From assembly GCA_964016885.1 (NCBI GenBank), contig OZ024747.1, positions 83,514,001 to 83,578,000 on the forward strand: 64,000 nt of DNA. The letters are read 5' to 3'. Position 1 is the first letter of the stretch, and every line of letters starts with the position of its first letter. Positions 61,713 through 64,000 of this stretch are shown here, piece after piece. The notes beneath the pieces were generated by a model. That model worked only from the letters and a program-made list of their open reading frames with translations, had not been told where the DNA came from and ran no database searches. Both the position numbers and the translations under genes were made by a program. This DNA comes from Eledone cirrhosa. Lineage: Eukaryota.

Positions 61713-62329
61713 TATCATCATTGTTTTACATCCATTTTCCACACTAGTATGGGTTAGACGAGTTGTCCTGTTATTGGCAATGCTAAGTCAGGTGACCATG
61801 TCTAGTACATACAGAACTGTATGTGTATGTACATATATATAGGTATGTTGGTAACAATTTCCTTTAAAAGGGTTTTAGTTTTTTAGATAATTATCTTAAA
61901 ACTCAAGTCCATGCACCTTACACACATTTAGCATATAAATTAAGTCCTGCACATAGTCCTGCACCTTTCTGCACATAGAAATTCAAAGCTCAGAAATTAC
62001 CTCCCTTGTTCTCAATAACGGTATCTCCACTGTATTAAAATTAAATATAGTGGGCTATCAGCTTATTTCGTAATTTTGTCTTGATACCCAATGAGAGGCT
62101 TGTTTTATAACAGCTCCTCCTCTACACAGTGGTAGCCATAACTGGACCCCGAAACCTAAGGTTGTGTATAGATGTTAAGTGTATTAAATTTTAAATGCGT
62201 GTATGTGCACGTGTGTGCATGCGTGTGTGTGTGTGTATATATATAAAAGGTAAACAGAAATAACAACACAATCGGTACAGTATATGGAAGGGATATATTA
62301 AGTTAATGCTTGATATAGCAGGAAGAGGG

Positions 62330-62365
62330 TCTTAACGTTTCGGACGCTAGTCCTTCATCAGAAGA
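62330..62365 (-). ncRNA. Minimal type-I hammerhead ribozyme motif
   Basis: Minus strand TCTT-CTGATGA-A-GGAC-TAGC-GTCC-GAAA-CG-TT-AAGA: helix I TCTT/AAGA, palindromic AACGTT at helix III, GUU triplet. Confidence 0.82.
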
Positions 62366-63141
62366 AAGAATGAGAAATAAGATAGATTGAGGAGACGGGC
62401 AGGTTGGAATTGGAAAAAATGTCTTTAGATAAAAATAACAGGTCCATTCATGTTGACATCTCTTGCAAAACTGTTGGTGCTGGTGTTTTGTGTATCATTT
62501 ATTTTTTAGAATATATTTATATCTGAGTGTGTGTTTGTGTATGTATGTACTTGTGCGTGTGTGTCTATATGTATGTCATCTAATTGTCCACTTTTCCATG
62601 CTGGCATGGGTTGGACAGTCTGTTTTGAGGCAATGTTTTACAGTTTGATGCCTTTCCTGACACCAAACCTTTTAGATTCCTCTTATGACAGGGGTTTATC
62701 TATTCTACACCCTCCCCCAACACACAACTACACAGTTTTGATGAATGATTGTGAGTAAAATGTGAGGGAGGGTTAGAATGGATTGTGTAACAATGTCCTC
62801 CATAGTTGGAGAGCTGACAAGAAGGGGAGGGCACTACAGAGAGGAGGATGACGTATGAAGTGTGTAAGGCACATGAGCAGATTAAAGCAATCTGTTGAAG
62901 AGGTAGAGATACTCTATAAAATGTATGTGTGTGTGTTGTTTACAGTTACCTCCTTAATCTTCCCCCAAGTTCTTGGAAAGAATCCAGTTAAAGATAGGGA
63001 AGGTAGTATTGAAGGAATGGGGGCAAATAGTGGGGTGTTGATGTCTCTCTTACGGGGTGGGGGTGGGGGAGGCTTTGTCTTTTTTACATTATTATTATTA
63101 TAATGTTTTTCTTGATGTCAGCCCTTGTGGCCAATAAAGAA

Positions 63142-63176
<35 letters not shown>

Positions 63177-63204
63177 AAGACCAATACATATCTCACAATG
63201 CTTC

Positions 63205-63302
63205 TAACTATACTACATCATCATCACTAACTATACTACATCATCACCATCATCACTAACTATACTACATCATCATCACCATCATCATCATCATCATCAT
63301 TA
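63205..63302. repeat. CTAACTATACTA(CAT)n unit x3
   Basis: Directly visible. Confidence 0.85.
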
Positions 63303-63630
63303 TTCTGAGTATTTTGTTTTATGTTCTTTGTTTTTGGAACTTTTGAGGACTGGATTTAATTACAAATGTTTCTACTAACCTTTACCCAAAGGATATTTTA
63401 TCAGTGTGGGGTGTAAAGTAGAAAGAGTTTATACATTGTTGTTTGTTTGTTTGTCTGTCTGTCTGTCTGGTTGTTTGTTTAAAGGAAACTGTTTGTTATT
63501 TGTTTATTTTTCTACATTACTGAGGGTGGGAGGGAGGGATGAAGGAAAGAAACGAAATGTGGGAGGAAAAGAAAGGTGGGTTGGTTGGTGGGGAATATAT
63601 ATATAGAATTTTGAAATTGTAAACATAATT

Positions 63631-64000
63631 TCACTATCACTATTATTGACACTACTACCACTGACACTACTACTACCACCACTACCACTGACACTACTAC
63701 CACCACTACCACTGACACTACTACCACTACCACCATTGACACTACTACTACTACCACCACTGACACTGCTACTACCAACACTATCACTGACACTACTACT
63801 ACTACTACCACCACCACTGACACTACTACTACCACCACCACCACTGATACAACCACCACCGCCACCATTGACACTACCACCACCACCACCACCATTGGCA
63901 CTACTACCACCACCACCACCACCACCACCACCATTGACACTACCACCACCACCACCACTGACACTACTACCCCATCACCATTGACACTACTACCCCATCA
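63631..64000. repeat. Triplet-based minisatellite, CA(C/T)TGACA(CTA)n(CCA)n, running off the window end
   Basis: Directly visible; source of poly-Val and Pro/Leu ORFs. Confidence 0.93.

Noticed and set aside
63512-63984. Poly-Val and Pro/Leu-rich ORFs (mucin- or extensin-like appearance)
   Set aside because: Triplet minisatellite open in several frames on both strands; no supporting gene structure seen, although it continues beyond the window.

Overview
AT-rich, microsatellite-laden animal genomic DNA. I recognise no host protein-coding exon, rRNA or true tRNA gene. The repeat families look like those of a coleoid cephalopod such as Octopus (inference from remembered repeat families, not verified). 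The window is a transposon graveyard. It holds a young 5'-truncated Penelope-like retroelement (RT + GIY-YIG, one in-frame stop, inverted ~240 bp pLTR segments) at 59018-61420 and an internally deleted mariner with ~103 bp TIRs at 52985-53869. It also holds an older mariner relic, many 3' fragments of RTE, Tx1-like and CR1-like LINEs, several tRNA-derived SINE families and three TTAA-flanked (piggyBac-type) MITE families. The most notable non-coding signals are: (i) six minimal type-I hammerhead ribozyme motifs (one decayed), all within ~250 bp of a (TA)n tract; (ii) a textbook branch point/polypyrimidine/AG|GTAAGT juxtaposition at 49142-49181, plus weaker ones, suggesting recursive splicing in a long + strand intron; (iii) SINE/LINE tail sharing, modular SINEs and a shared ATTRTT target signature readable from TSDs; (iv) a SINE head fused to TTAGGG repeats. 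Most ORFs in the supplied track are microsatellite or antisense artefacts. Boundaries of old elements are approximate and read by eye.
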